Of a stretch of 59,053 nucleotides of DNA, positions 31,369 through 41,027 are shown piece after piece. Both the position numbers and the translations under genes were made by a program. The stretch covers positions 1-59,053 of the forward strand of contig DASSLA010000020.1 of assembly GCA_035689885.1 (NCBI GenBank). Reading direction: 5' to 3'. The DNA comes from Marmoricola sp. (lineage in GTDB: Bacteria; Actinomycetota; Actinomycetes; Propionibacteriales; Nocardioidaceae). The notes under the pieces were generated by a model, which saw only the letters and a list, made by a program, of their open reading frames with translations, was not told the DNA's origin and did no database searches. Each line of letters starts with the position of its first letter. Position 1 is the first letter of the stretch.

Positions 31369-32022
31369 TCACTCGACCCGCCGCGCCTCGGGCGGCAGGT
31401 GCAGCGGCAACGGGGTGCCGGGTGCCATGGCGTCCCGCCCCCGTCGTACGACGGTCTGGCGGATCGTCTCCTCCCAGACCTCGGGGACGCCGTCCTCCGT
31501 GGCAGGCTGGCCCATCAGTGTCGCGCGCAGCAGCCAGCGCGGGCCCTCGTAGCCCATCACCCGACTGACCTGGGTGCCCTGGCGGCCGTCCTCGGCCTGC
31601 ACCGGGACCGTGCAGCGCAGGTCGGGCCCGAACGGTCCCTCACCCTCGGTGGCGGTGCCGCCCATCTGGGTGGTCTCGGCCGCGATCCGGGGACGGAGCT
31701 CGTCCCAGGCCCCTCCGCCGCGCGACGCGGCGAACGCCCGGAGCTCCAGCGCGCCCTGGTCGGCGACGAGCAGCACGGCCATCACCTCACCGCTCTGCTC
31801 GTCGACCTGGAGCCGCATCTCCATCGGCCCGGCAGGCGTGACCATCAGGCTGCCGAGGTCGACGCCCTCGCGGTCCTCGGTGTCCACGTCGTCCTCGTCG
31901 AACGGACCTCGCTGGGTCTCCTCGGGTGCCTCGACGGCGGGCTCGTCACCCGGGACGGCGTCGGCCTCCAGGGGCGCGTCCTCCTCCGGGATGCCCTTGC
32001 CTGCCTTGCGGCCGAACTTCAC
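31369..32022 (-). CDS. DUF3710 protein
   Basis: GPFD, DLGSL, AFAA, GPRWLLR, VRRG..AMAPG; follows dut. Confidence 0.82.
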   Translation of the reverse strand: MKFGRKAGKGIPEEDAPLEADAVPGDEPAVEAPEETQRGPFDEDDVDTEDREGVDLGSLMVTPAGPMEMRLQVDEQSGEVMAVLLVADQGALELRAFAASRGGGAWDELRPRIAAETTQMGGTATEGEGPFGPDLRCTVPVQAEDGRQGTQVSRVMGYEGPRWLLRATLMGQPATEDGVPEVWEETIRQTVVRRGRDAMAPGTPLPLHLPPEARRVE

Positions 32023-32543
32023 GCTGACGTGCCTCCAGAGTCGATGTCACCTGCTGCCAGGCGGGCCTCGCGGCCGTGCTCGGCAGCCACCTCGTCGCCG
32101 GGCGGTGCGAACCCACCTGTCGAACCGTATCCGCCGGCGCCTCGCGCGGAGTCCGGGAGGTCGCCGGCCTCGACGAAGGCGGCCGTCTCGAAGCGCTGGA
32201 TGACGAGCTGGGCGATGCGGTCGCCGCGCCGCACGGTGAACGACTCCCGGCGGTCGGTGTTGACCAGGCAGACCTTGACCTCACCTCGGTATCCCGCGTC
32301 GATCGTGCCGGGGGCGTTGACGATCGAGATGCCGTGCCGCGCCGCGAGCCCGGAGCGCGGGTGGACCAGCGCCACGTGACCCTCGGGCAGGGCCATCGCG
32401 ATCCCGGTGGGGACGAGCGCGCGCTCCCCGGGCGCGAGGGTGACGTCGACGGCGGCCCGGAGGTCGGCCCCGGCGTCGCCGGGGTGGGCGTAGCTCGGCA
32501 GCGGCAGCTCGGGATCGAGACGCCGGACGGGGATCTGCACCAT
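32019..32543 (-). CDS. dut: dUTP diphosphatase
   Basis: [38 protein letters not shown]. Confidence 0.96.
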   Translation of the reverse strand: MVQIPVRRLDPELPLPSYAHPGDAGADLRAAVDVTLAPGERALVPTGIAMALPEGHVALVHPRSGLAARHGISIVNAPGTIDAGYRGEVKVCLVNTDRRESFTVRRGDRIAQLVIQRFETAAFVEAGDLPDSARGAGGYGSTGGFAPPGDEVAAEHGREARLAAGDIDSGGTSA

Positions 32544-32595
32544 GGTCGGCGACCCTACCGGCGCCGCGGGACGGTGCTGGTGACAGGCTTGGCCC

Positions 32596-33063
32596 GTGCC
32601 CGCGTCCGGTCCCGTCTACGACGAGCGCCTCCACGTCCCGTTGCGCTGGTGGGTCCAGGCCACCATGCTGCTCGCCTGCCTCTGGCTCGCCTTCGTGGTG
32701 GCCATGCCGGTCTGGGCGGCCTTCACGCTCACCGGCGTCCTGGTGGTCCTCGTGCTCGGACTGCTGCTGTGGGTCGGCTCCGTGCGGGTGCGGGTGAGCG
32801 AGGGCGTGCTGCGTGCCGGACGGGCCCACATCGCGGTGGACCTGCTCGGCGTACCCCGGCTGCTCGACGCCGAGGGCACGCGACGGGCCATGGGCGTCGA
32901 GGCCGACGCGCGTGCCTTCCTGGTCACGCGCCCCTACCTGAAGCGCTCGGTGCTGCTCCCCGTCGAGGACGCACGCGACCCGACGCCGTACTGGCTGGTC
33001 TCGACGCGGCAGCCGGAGCGTCTGGCCGCTGCGCTTCGGGAGGCCGTGCCCGGTTCTCCCTAG
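32596..33063 (+). CDS. DUF3093 membrane protein
   Basis: [12 protein letters not shown], two [13 protein letters not shown]. Confidence 0.85.
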   Translation: MPASGPVYDERLHVPLRWWVQATMLLACLWLAFVVAMPVWAAFTLTGVLVVLVLGLLLWVGSVRVRVSEGVLRAGRAHIAVDLLGVPRLLDAEGTRRAMGVEADARAFLVTRPYLKRSVLLPVEDARDPTPYWLVSTRQPERLAAALREAVPGSP

Positions 33064-33112
33064 GGTGATTGGGTACTCCATCGAAGAACCCGGCGGATGA
33101 CGGAAGGCAGAG

Positions 33113-33433
33113 ATGGCCAAGGACAAGAAGCAGGACAGCTCCAAGGTGTGGACCGTGTTCTCGCTCGCGGCTGCCCTGGGCGCCGCGACGGTGGCGAAGA
33201 AGGGCCTGAACACCTCGTGGAAGGCCGCGACCGGGAAGAACCCTCCGGCCAACCCCGCCGATCCCGACGTGGACGTCTGGGAAGCCGTGATGTGGGCGGC
33301 GGTGAGCGGCACCGCCATCGGCATCGCCCGCATGCTCGCCGGCCGCAAGGCCGCGAACTACTACAAGAAGTCCACCGGCCACCTCCCGCCCGGCGTGCGC
33401 CAGGGCGACGAGGAAGGCACCCAGGGGGTCTGA
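33113..33433 (+). CDS. DUF4235 protein
   Basis: WKAATGKNPPANP, EAVMWAAVSG. Confidence 0.8.
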   Translation: MAKDKKQDSSKVWTVFSLAAALGAATVAKKGLNTSWKAATGKNPPANPADPDVDVWEAVMWAAVSGTAIGIARMLAGRKAANYYKKSTGHLPPGVRQGDEEGTQGV

Positions 33434-33475
33434 CCCCTCGAACGACCACGGTGCCCCGGCGGGCATCGAGCAGGC

Positions 33476-33511
33476 GAAAGGGCCGTCACCCTACGGGGGG
33501 ACGGCCCTTTC
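33476..33511. terminator. Bidirectional terminator hairpin
   Basis: GAAAGGGCCGTC...GACGGCCCTTTC 12-bp stem between convergent genes. Confidence 0.7.
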
Positions 33512-33543
33512 CTCGCGCGGGGACCTGCTCCGGCAGGGACTGC

Positions 33544-33834
33544 TCAGGCGCAGTCGCGGCAGATCAGGTTCTTCTCGTCAGCCAGCTGGCTGCGGTGGTG
33601 CACCAGGAAGCAGCTCATGCAGGTGAACTCGTCGGTCTGCTTGGGCTTGACCTCGACGGCCAGCTCCTCGTGCGACAGGTCAGCCCCCGGGAGCTCGAAC
33701 GACTCGGCGGCCTCGGCCTCGTCCTCGTCGACCTTCCCGGAGTTCTTGTCGTGACGCCGCGCCTTGAGCTCTTCGAGGCTGTCCTCGCTCTGCTCTTCCT
33801 CGGTCTTGCGCGGTGCGTCGTAGTCGGTCGCCAT
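33544..33834 (-). CDS. DUF4193 protein (Rv2699c-like)
   Basis: MATDYDAPR, FELPGADLS, DEFTCMSCFLVHHRSQL...CRDC. Confidence 0.92.
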   Translation of the reverse strand: MATDYDAPRKTEEEQSEDSLEELKARRHDKNSGKVDEDEAEAAESFELPGADLSHEELAVEVKPKQTDEFTCMSCFLVHHRSQLADEKNLICRDCA

Positions 33835-34025
33835 TCCTTCTCCTCTGCCCCCGGCTCCCTTGAGTGATTCCGGTGCTGTCCAGGTCCCACGATGCTGTCG
33901 CCCGGATGGCAGCAACGTGCTCGCATGCGCGTGACGGCGGAGATTCTGCACTACTCGCGCTCCTCGCGCACACCCGCACCAGACACTGGTCCACTCGGGC
34001 TCCTTTCGCCCGCCGGGAACCTCGA

Positions 34026-34052
34026 CAACGCACGCCCGGGCGCGCTTGTTCC
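34026..34052 (-). promoter_or_regulatory. SigH/SigE/SigR-type ECF promoter for the DUF4193 gene
   Basis: GGAAC-N17-CGTTG on minus strand. Confidence 0.6.
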
Positions 34053-34096
34053 CGGCGTCCCGCGGGGCGCCACGAACGGGTGCCGAAGCGGGCTTC

Positions 34097-34930
34097 CTAA
34101 CGACTTTCGGAGCCGGGTCGGTCGGCGTCGAAACCGCACTCCTTGACCAACCCGGCGAAGCGGTCCCAGGCCCCTACGGGGGCACACAGCACGAGGTCCT
34201 TGTCGCGTGGCGTGCGCCAGAGCTCGAGGCGCGCCCCGGCCTCCCGGGCCACCAGGCCGCCGGCCGCGTGGTCCCAGGCGTTGGGTCCCTCCTCGACGTA
34301 GGCGTCGAGGAGACCCGCGCCGACAGCGCACAGGTCGAGGGCGCAGGACCCCATCCGCCGGACATCGCGGACCCGGGGCAGCATCAGGGCCGCGCACTCA
34401 GCCTGGTGCGCGCGGAGCGACCGCTCGTAGCCGAACCCGGTGCCCACGAGCGACTCCGTCAGCGGCGGGACCGGGCGCACCTCGACGGGTACGCCGTTGC
34501 GGGTGGCACCCCCACCGCGTACGCCGGCGTACTCCTCCCCCAGGGCGGGGGCGACGACCGCCCCGGCGACGGTGTCCTCGCCGACCGTCGCGGCGACCGA
34601 GACGCACCACGCCGGGAGCCCGTAGAGGTAGTTGACCGTGCCGTCGATCGGGTCCACCACCCACCGCACCCCGCTGGATCCGGTGACCGTGTCCCCCTCC
34701 TCACCCAGGAAACCGTCGTCAGGGCGGCTCCCGAGCACGCGCTTGCGGATGAGCTGCTCGACCGCGCGGTCGGCCTCGGTGACCACGTCGACCGGGCTCG
34801 ACTTGGTGTCGGCGACCTCGACGCCGCGCCGGCGCAGCTCGACCGCGAGCTCGGCCGCCTCGCGCGCCACCTCGGTGGCGAGGTCGAGCAGCGCCCGGTG
34901 GTCCGGATCCGCCGCCGTGGCCGGCGTCAT
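34097..34930 (-). CDS. suhB: Inositol monophosphatase family
   Basis: DVVTEAD, LGEE, WVVDPIDGTVNY, GSCALDL, WDHAAG. Confidence 0.9.
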   Translation of the reverse strand: MTPATAADPDHRALLDLATEVAREAAELAVELRRRGVEVADTKSSPVDVVTEADRAVEQLIRKRVLGSRPDDGFLGEEGDTVTGSSGVRWVVDPIDGTVNYLYGLPAWCVSVAATVGEDTVAGAVVAPALGEEYAGVRGGGATRNGVPVEVRPVPPLTESLVGTGFGYERSLRAHQAECAALMLPRVRDVRRMGSCALDLCAVGAGLLDAYVEEGPNAWDHAAGGLVAREAGARLELWRTPRDKDLVLCAPVGAWDRFAGLVKECGFDADRPGSESR

Positions 34931-36048
34931 CAGTCGAGCCCGCACAGCGCCGGTCGCTCCCCGCGCGGGTTGGGGCAGCAGCCGGCGGCACAGACGTCCC
35001 ACGCCGGCTCGGTGCCGACCGCCGCTCGGTCGGGGTCCTCGTTGCGCTCCACCGCGGCACGCTCGAGGAGCAGGTCGCGGACCATCGCCACGAAGCGGGG
35101 GTCCACCCCGGCGGTGGCGGCGCGGGCGAAGGGCAGGCCCAGCTTCTCGGCCGTCGCGGCCGCCTCGGTGTCGAGGTCGTAGATGACCTCCATGTGGTCG
35201 GAGACGAACCCGATCGGCACCACCACCACGCCGGCGGCCATGCGGTCGGCGAGGGCCTCGAGGTGGTCGTTGACGTCCGGCTCCAGCCACGGCACCTGCG
35301 GCGGACCGGAGCGCGAGCAGTAGACCAGCTCCGAGGGGTAGCGGTGGCCGGTCTCCTCACGGACCCGCTCGATGATCTCCGCAGCCACGACGCGATGCTG
35401 GGCGACGTACGCCCAGCCGCGCGGGCCGCTCGTCTCGTTCATCGCCACCGGGATCGAGTGGGTCACGAAGACCACGTGCCCCTGCCGACGGGCGTCCTCG
35501 GGCAGCTCGGCCAGCGCAGCCAGGGTCGCGTCGACCATCGGCTCCACGAACCCGGGATGGTTGAAGTAGTGGCGCAACCGGTCGATCCGGGGAGCACCCG
35601 GCACCTCGGCCACCGCGTCGGCGAGGTTCTCGCGGTACTGGCGGCACCCGCTGTAGGAGGAGTAGGCGCTGGTGAGCAGCGCGGCGGCGCGCGTCACGCC
35701 GTCGTCGCGCATCTGCTCCAGGGCGTCGCGCAGGTAGGGGTCCCAGTTGCGGTTCCCCCAGTAGACGGGCAGGTCCAAGCCGCTCGCGGCGAGGTCGGCA
35801 CGGATCGCGGCGATCAGCTGCCGGTTCTGGTCGTTGATCGGGCTGCGCCCGCCGAACCGGAAGTAGTGCTCCCCCACCTCGGCGAGCCGGGCGTCCGGGA
35901 TGTCCTTGCCCCGGGTCACGTTGCGGAGGAACGGCACCACGTCGTCGGGCTTCTCGGGACCACCGAAGGAGACCAGCAGCAGCGCGTCGTAGGGCCGCGG
36001 ATCGGGCACCCCGTCGTGGGTGCGCCCGACATCGGTGTCGAGGGGCAT
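34930..36048 (-). CDS. hemH: Ferrochelatase (coproporphyrin ferrochelatase type)
   Basis: [46 protein letters not shown]. Confidence 0.93.
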   Translation of the reverse strand: MPLDTDVGRTHDGVPDPRPYDALLLVSFGGPEKPDDVVPFLRNVTRGKDIPDARLAEVGEHYFRFGGRSPINDQNRQLIAAIRADLAASGLDLPVYWGNRNWDPYLRDALEQMRDDGVTRAAALLTSAYSSYSGCRQYRENLADAVAEVPGAPRIDRLRHYFNHPGFVEPMVDATLAALAELPEDARRQGHVVFVTHSIPVAMNETSGPRGWAYVAQHRVVAAEIIERVREETGHRYPSELVYCSRSGPPQVPWLEPDVNDHLEALADRMAAGVVVVPIGFVSDHMEVIYDLDTEAAATAEKLGLPFARAATAGVDPRFVAMVRDLLLERAAVERNEDPDRAAVGTEPAWDVCAAGCCPNPRGERPALCGLD

Positions 36049-36072
36049 GGGGCCCAGCCTAGAGTTCTGCCG

Positions 36073-37293
36073 GTGCTCAGCTCCTACCGCCGGGTCTTCG
36101 CCCACCCCGGCGCCCTCGCCTTCTCGCTGACCGGGCTGGTCGCCCGGCTCCCGATCTCGATGATGACGCTCGGTATCGTGCTGCTCGTCAGTGCACTCTC
36201 GGGCTCCTACGCGTTGGCGGGCGGGGTCTCGGCGGCCTTCACCGTGGGCAACGCCCTGTTCGCCGTACCGCACGGCCGACTGGCCGACCTCTTCGGCCAG
36301 CACCGGGTGCTGTACGCCGACTCGCTGGTCTTCTCCCTGACCAGCGGGCTGATGATCGTCTCGATCCACGACGACTGGGCGCTGCCGTGGCCGCACGTCC
36401 TGGCTGCGCTGGCCGGGGCCTCGATGTCCCAGGTGGGGACCATGGTCCGGGCCAGGTGGGCGGCGCTGCTCTCCGACGACGCCGAGCGCCACACCGCCTT
36501 CGCCGTCGAGGGCGTCGTGGACGAGGTCGTGTTCGTCACCGGTCCGGCGTTGGTCACCTTCCTCTCCACGCTGTACGCCCCGGAGACCGGACTGGTGGTG
36601 GCCGTGGTCTGCGGCGTCGTGGGCGCACTGGTCCTGGCCGCGCAGCGCGGCACCGAGCCGGAGCCGCACCGGCCGGGCCCGGAGGGCACCCGCGCCCCCA
36701 TGCCCTGGCGGATGCTGCTGCCGCTCACCCTCGGGGCGATCGCCCTCGGCAGCCTGTTCGGCGCCCAGGAGGTCGCCACCGTCGCGACCGCGGACGACGC
36801 GGGGAACCGCGCCGCCTCCGGTCTGATGCTGGCGGCGTTCGCGGCCGGCAGCCTGCTGGCCGGTGTCGTCGCGGGGGCCGTGCACTGGAAGCGGTCACCC
36901 CTCGCCCGGGCCCGCATCGGGATGTGGCTGCTCGCGGCGGGGGCGCTCACCATTCCTCTGTTGTCGGGCCTCGTGCTGGTCTCGGTCGCACTGTTCGTCA
37001 CCGGCCTCGCCCTGGCGCCGACCCTGATCGCGCTGTTCTCGGTGATCGAGGCGGGCACCCCGCGCTCCCGGCTCAACGAGGCCATGGGATTCGTGCAGAC
37101 CGGCATCGGCGCCGGCATCGCCCCCGGCGCCTGGCTCGCCGGCGTGGTCGCCGACGACGTCAGCGGGATCGCGGCGTTCTGGGTCAGCGGGATCTCGGCC
37201 CTCCTCGCCGCGCTGGCCGGCCACGTGGTCCGGGAGGTGCCGCTCGGCCGCGACGCCGTCTCCGGCGGACGGCTGGCTCAGCCGCCGGCCTGA
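36073..37293 (+). CDS. MFS transporter
   Basis: About 12 TM, motif [12 protein letters not shown]; true start GTG 36073 within a longer ORF. Confidence 0.85.
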   Translation: MLSSYRRVFAHPGALAFSLTGLVARLPISMMTLGIVLLVSALSGSYALAGGVSAAFTVGNALFAVPHGRLADLFGQHRVLYADSLVFSLTSGLMIVSIHDDWALPWPHVLAALAGASMSQVGTMVRARWAALLSDDAERHTAFAVEGVVDEVVFVTGPALVTFLSTLYAPETGLVVAVVCGVVGALVLAAQRGTEPEPHRPGPEGTRAPMPWRMLLPLTLGAIALGSLFGAQEVATVATADDAGNRAASGLMLAAFAAGSLLAGVVAGAVHWKRSPLARARIGMWLLAAGALTIPLLSGLVLVSVALFVTGLALAPTLIALFSVIEAGTPRSRLNEAMGFVQTGIGAGIAPGAWLAGVVADDVSGIAAFWVSGISALLAALAGHVVREVPLGRDAVSGGRLAQPPA

Positions 37294-38303
37294 GCCAGCG
37301 CGTCCTCGGCGAGCAGCGCGAAGGAGACCAGCCAGTGGGTGGCCATCAGGTCTCCCGCCACGATCTGCTCCTCCACCGCTGCGACCTGCCGCTCCGCCGC
37401 TGCCAAGGCGTGCACGCGGCGCTCGCCCGGCAGGTGCCGCGAGAGTGAGCGGAGCAGCCAGGCACGCGACAGGGACAGCCCGAACAGGTGGACGGACTTG
37501 CCGTCGGTGGGGTCGCGCACCTCGGGTCGTCCGAGCAGCGGGTCGTCGGGTTCGCCGAGGCCGGGGAGGAAGTCGGCCAGCCACGGCCCGAAGTCGGCCT
37601 CGGGCAGCACGCGCCGCATCAGCTCGGCCTCGCACAGCGCCGGTGAGAGGAAGTCCTCACCGCTCGGCTCCCAGCGGGCGGGGTAGTCACGGTCATAGAG
37701 GAACCACTCCCGTGCCCGAGCCTCGATCGCGCCCGCCACGTCGTCGCGGTCGAGCCGGCCGAAGGCGTCGTACGCCAGCGCGAGGGCGAGGGCGGTGTTG
37801 GCGTGCACGCCGTGCCGGACCGGGTGCGCCACCCGGGGCAGCCAGGCCGCCAGGTTGTCCGCGACCACCTCCGCCACCGCGCCGGTGGCGGCGCGCCAGC
37901 TCGCGCCGATCCCGACGTCGCGCACGGTCGCGGCCAGCATCGCCGCCCACGCCCACCCGTACGGCCGCTCGTACGACGGCCGCGCGCGGAGGTAGTCCGC
38001 CTCAACCCGCCCGTGCTCCGGGGTCAGTCGTTCGTCCAGGAGCCGGCGCAGCCGCTCACCCACCTCCGGGCCGAGCTGCTCGGCGTGCTCGGCCAGCAGT
38101 CGTACGCCGGACCACTGCATGTGCACCGAGGAGTGCCAGTCGACGCTGCCGTGGAAGGCCGGGTGCAGCCGGTGCGGCGTCACCTCACAGTCGTCCGGGC
38201 CCAGCGACCAGTGCCCGGACCCCCACGGCCACGGGGTCTCGAGCACGTCCACGACCGTCTGCGCCCAGGCGCGGTGCCGCTCCTTCGTCGTACCGGGAGT
38301 CAC
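37278..38303 (-). CDS. DUF2891 family protein
   Basis: HPAFHGSVDWHSSVH, YERPYGWAW, EPSGEDFLSP, HLFGLSLSRAW, THWLVSFA; real gene is the 3' end of the 2099-aa ORF. Confidence 0.82.
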   Translation of the reverse strand: MTPGTTKERHRAWAQTVVDVLETPWPWGSGHWSLGPDDCEVTPHRLHPAFHGSVDWHSSVHMQWSGVRLLAEHAEQLGPEVGERLRRLLDERLTPEHGRVEADYLRARPSYERPYGWAWAAMLAATVRDVGIGASWRAATGAVAEVVADNLAAWLPRVAHPVRHGVHANTALALALAYDAFGRLDRDDVAGAIEARAREWFLYDRDYPARWEPSGEDFLSPALCEAELMRRVLPEADFGPWLADFLPGLGEPDDPLLGRPEVRDPTDGKSVHLFGLSLSRAWLLRSLSRHLPGERRVHALAAAERQVAAVEEQIVAGDLMATHWLVSFALLAEDALAQAGG

Positions 38304-38363
38304 TCGGGTCAACCTACGCGCCGAGCGCCTCGCGCCACCGTGGGTGGGTCTAGCCTGCGCTCC

Positions 38364-39656
38364 ATGACGACGTGGACCAACTGGGCGCAGCTCGTCGAGG
38401 CCCACCCGGCGCAGGAGGTCTCCCCCCACGACCCCGACGAGGTCGTCGAGGCGGTCGTCGCGGCCCGGCACCAGCACCTGCGGGTGAAGATGACCGGCTC
38501 GGGACACTCGTTCACCCCCATCGCCGCCACCGACGGGCTGCTGCTGCGGCCCTCCGGCCTGCGCGGGATCACCGCGGTCGACCGCGAGGCCCTGACCGTC
38601 ACGGCCCTGGCCGGCACCACGCTGCAGGAGCTCAACGAGGGGCTGTGCCGGCTGGGACTGTCGCTGACCAACATGGGCGACATCGCCGAGCAGACCCTCG
38701 CCGGGGCGATCTCCACCGGCACCCACGGCACCGGCGGGGTGGTCGGGTCGCTCAGCGCCCAGGTCGCGTCCCTGGAGATGGTGACCGGCGACGGGACGCT
38801 GCTGTGTGCCAGCGAGGAGGAGAACCCCGACGTGCTCACCGCGGCCCGGGTGGGACTCGGTGCCCTCGGCGTCCTCACGTCGGTCACGTTCCGCGTCGAG
38901 CCGCTCTTCACCCTCGAGGCCCACGAGCAGCCGATGTCGTGGGCCCAGGCCGTGGACGAGTTCGACCGGCACGTCGCCGAGAACCACCACTTCGAGATGT
39001 ACTGGTGGCCGCACACCGACCGGCTGCTGACCAAGCGCAACAATCGCGTCGTCGAGGACCCCGAGCCGCTGGGTCGCTTCCGCGGCTGGCTGGACGACGA
39101 GTTCCTCTCCAACCGCGTCTTCGGCTGGATGAACCGGCTGGCCAACCGCACGCCCGCGCTGGTGCCGAGGCTCAACCAGCTGGCGGCCCGCGGCCTCACC
39201 GAGCGCACCTACTCCGACGTTCCCCACAAGGTGTTCACCTCGCCGCGCGGCGTCGTGTTCCGCGAGATGGAGTACGGCGTCCCCCGGGAGGTGGGCATCG
39301 ACGCCCTGCGCGACGTGCGCGCGCTCGTCGAGCGACACGACTGGCGGATCAGCTTCCCGGTCGAGATCCGCGTCGCACCAGCGGACGACATCGCGCTGTC
39401 GATGTCCTCGGGACGCGAGACCCTCTACATCGCGGTGCACACCAACGGCCAGACCGACCACACCGAGTACTTCGGGGCCGTCGAGGACGTGCTGCGCGGG
39501 CACGACGGCCGGCCGCACTGGGGCAAGCTGCACACCCGGCGCGCCGACGATCTTGCTCCGGCGTACCCGCGGTGGGAGGAGTTCCAGCACCTCCGCGACC
39601 GCCTCGACCCGGACCGGCTGTTCCGCAACGACTACCTCGACCGGGTGCTGGGCTGA
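38364..39656 (+). CDS. FAD-linked aldonolactone oxidase (D-arabinono-1,4-lactone/L-gulonolactone oxidase family)
   Basis: WTNWA, GSGHSF, GAISTGTHG, EMEY, FPVEIR, GRPHWGK. Confidence 0.9.
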   Translation: MTTWTNWAQLVEAHPAQEVSPHDPDEVVEAVVAARHQHLRVKMTGSGHSFTPIAATDGLLLRPSGLRGITAVDREALTVTALAGTTLQELNEGLCRLGLSLTNMGDIAEQTLAGAISTGTHGTGGVVGSLSAQVASLEMVTGDGTLLCASEEENPDVLTAARVGLGALGVLTSVTFRVEPLFTLEAHEQPMSWAQAVDEFDRHVAENHHFEMYWWPHTDRLLTKRNNRVVEDPEPLGRFRGWLDDEFLSNRVFGWMNRLANRTPALVPRLNQLAARGLTERTYSDVPHKVFTSPRGVVFREMEYGVPREVGIDALRDVRALVERHDWRISFPVEIRVAPADDIALSMSSGRETLYIAVHTNGQTDHTEYFGAVEDVLRGHDGRPHWGKLHTRRADDLAPAYPRWEEFQHLRDRLDPDRLFRNDYLDRVLG

Positions 39657-39709
39657 GAGTCCTGGTTTGAGTCCTGGATGAGTCCTGCGCCCAGTCCTGC
39701 GCTGAGTCC
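39657..39709 (+). repeat. Short degenerate 11-12 bp tandem repeat (GAGTCCTG core, 5 copies)
   Basis: gagtcctggttt gagtcctggat gagtcctgcgcc cagtcctgcgct gagtcc. Confidence 0.6.
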
Positions 39710-39809
39710 CTCGGCCGGGCCGCGCGGCGGCGAGTCGTCGGGCGTCCGGGTGCGTGGCGCTGAAGTAGGCTCGCCCGTGGAAGATGCCAGTGAAGGAGAG
39801 TCGGCGACG

Positions 39810-40889
39810 ATGCAGGACCTCACCGCGGTGGGGCTGAGCAAGGACGGCAGCAAGCTGTTGCTGGTCAGCCCCTCGGGCGAGGACTTCGCCGTCCCCGTGG
39901 ACAAGCGTCTGCGCGCGGCTCTGCGTGGCGACAACGCGAGACTCGGCCAGTTGGAGATGAAGATGGAAAGCGCCCTGCGGCCCCGTGACATCCAGGCACG
40001 CATCCGCGCGGGCGAGTCGCCGGAGGACGTGGCCGCGGCCGCCCAGACCACGGTCGAGATGATCATGGGCTTCGCCACACCGGTCCTCGCGGAGCGCGCG
40101 CACGTCGCCCAGACCGCCCAGCGCTCCTCGCTGCGCCGCCGCTCCGGCGAGTCCGGCTCCGCGCGCACCCTCGGCGAGGCCGCCGAGATCTACTTCGCCG
40201 AGCACTCCCTGCACGAGGACGACGTCAGCTGGGACTCCTGGCGACGACCCGACGGCCGCTGGGCACTCGTCGCCGAGTACGTGATCGACGGCCGGCCCCG
40301 TCGCGCCGAGTTCACCCACGACATGCCCGGGCGCTACGTCGTCGCGGACAACGACGAGGCCAAGGTGCTCACCGGTGAGGTGCGGCCGTCCGAGGCCCCC
40401 GCCGCCGGCCGTCGTGGCGCCGAGCGGTCGGGCCGTCGCCTGTCCGCGGTCCCGGCCGACGACGAGCTGCCCCTGGGCGACGACGCCATCGAGCTGGTGC
40501 GCGACCGCGGTGAGTCCCCGGCCGCCGCCGTCGAGCCCGACGCGGTCACCGCCGACGCCGACTGGATCTCGACGGTGGACGCCCCCGCCCCGGAGGCCCC
40601 CGGGACCGAGGTCACGCCTGACCCCGATGCGTCCGACGCCGAGTCCGACCCCGACGCGGTCGAGGACGAGCCCGACCCCGACGCGGTCGAGGACGAGCCC
40701 ACGGCCGAGGCGGACCGGACCGAGGCGGAGCCCTCGTCCGCCGCCTCGTCCGCCGCCTCGACCGACACCTCGTCCGACACCGAGGACGACGCGACGCGGT
40801 CCCGGCGCGAGGGCAAGTCGCGGCGCAAGGGCAGGGCCTCGGTGCCGACCTGGGACGAGATCATGTTCGGCGGCGGCAAGGGCGAGTGA
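39810..40889 (+). CDS. sepH: Septation protein SepH (DUF3071)
   Basis: LRPRDIQARIRAGESPEDVA HTH, PVLAER, acidic disordered tail, RASVPTWDEIMFG. Confidence 0.9.
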   Translation: MQDLTAVGLSKDGSKLLLVSPSGEDFAVPVDKRLRAALRGDNARLGQLEMKMESALRPRDIQARIRAGESPEDVAAAAQTTVEMIMGFATPVLAERAHVAQTAQRSSLRRRSGESGSARTLGEAAEIYFAEHSLHEDDVSWDSWRRPDGRWALVAEYVIDGRPRRAEFTHDMPGRYVVADNDEAKVLTGEVRPSEAPAAGRRGAERSGRRLSAVPADDELPLGDDAIELVRDRGESPAAAVEPDAVTADADWISTVDAPAPEAPGTEVTPDPDASDAESDPDAVEDEPDPDAVEDEPTAEADRTEAEPSSAASSAASTDTSSDTEDDATRSRREGKSRRKGRASVPTWDEIMFGGGKGE

Positions 40890-40934
40890 CCGGCGGCACG
40901 TCCGCCACCCGGGCTTCAGGGAGACACCGGAAGT

Positions 40935-40946
40935 TACCGATCGGTA
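40935..40946. promoter_or_regulatory. Palindromic operator upstream of SDR gene
   Basis: Perfect TACCGATCGGTA overlapping TAGTAT -10-like box. Confidence 0.5.
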
Positions 40947-41027
40947 GTATCTGGTCAGCGCGTGACGCCGTGCTGCGCGGCGAGTTGAATGACACGCGTC
41001 CACCAACGACCCGAGTGCGGTGCTTCC

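Noticed and set aside
40645-40700. 27-bp tandem duplication in sepH (DPDAVEDEP x2)
   Set aside because: Ordinary slippage in a disordered acidic linker.
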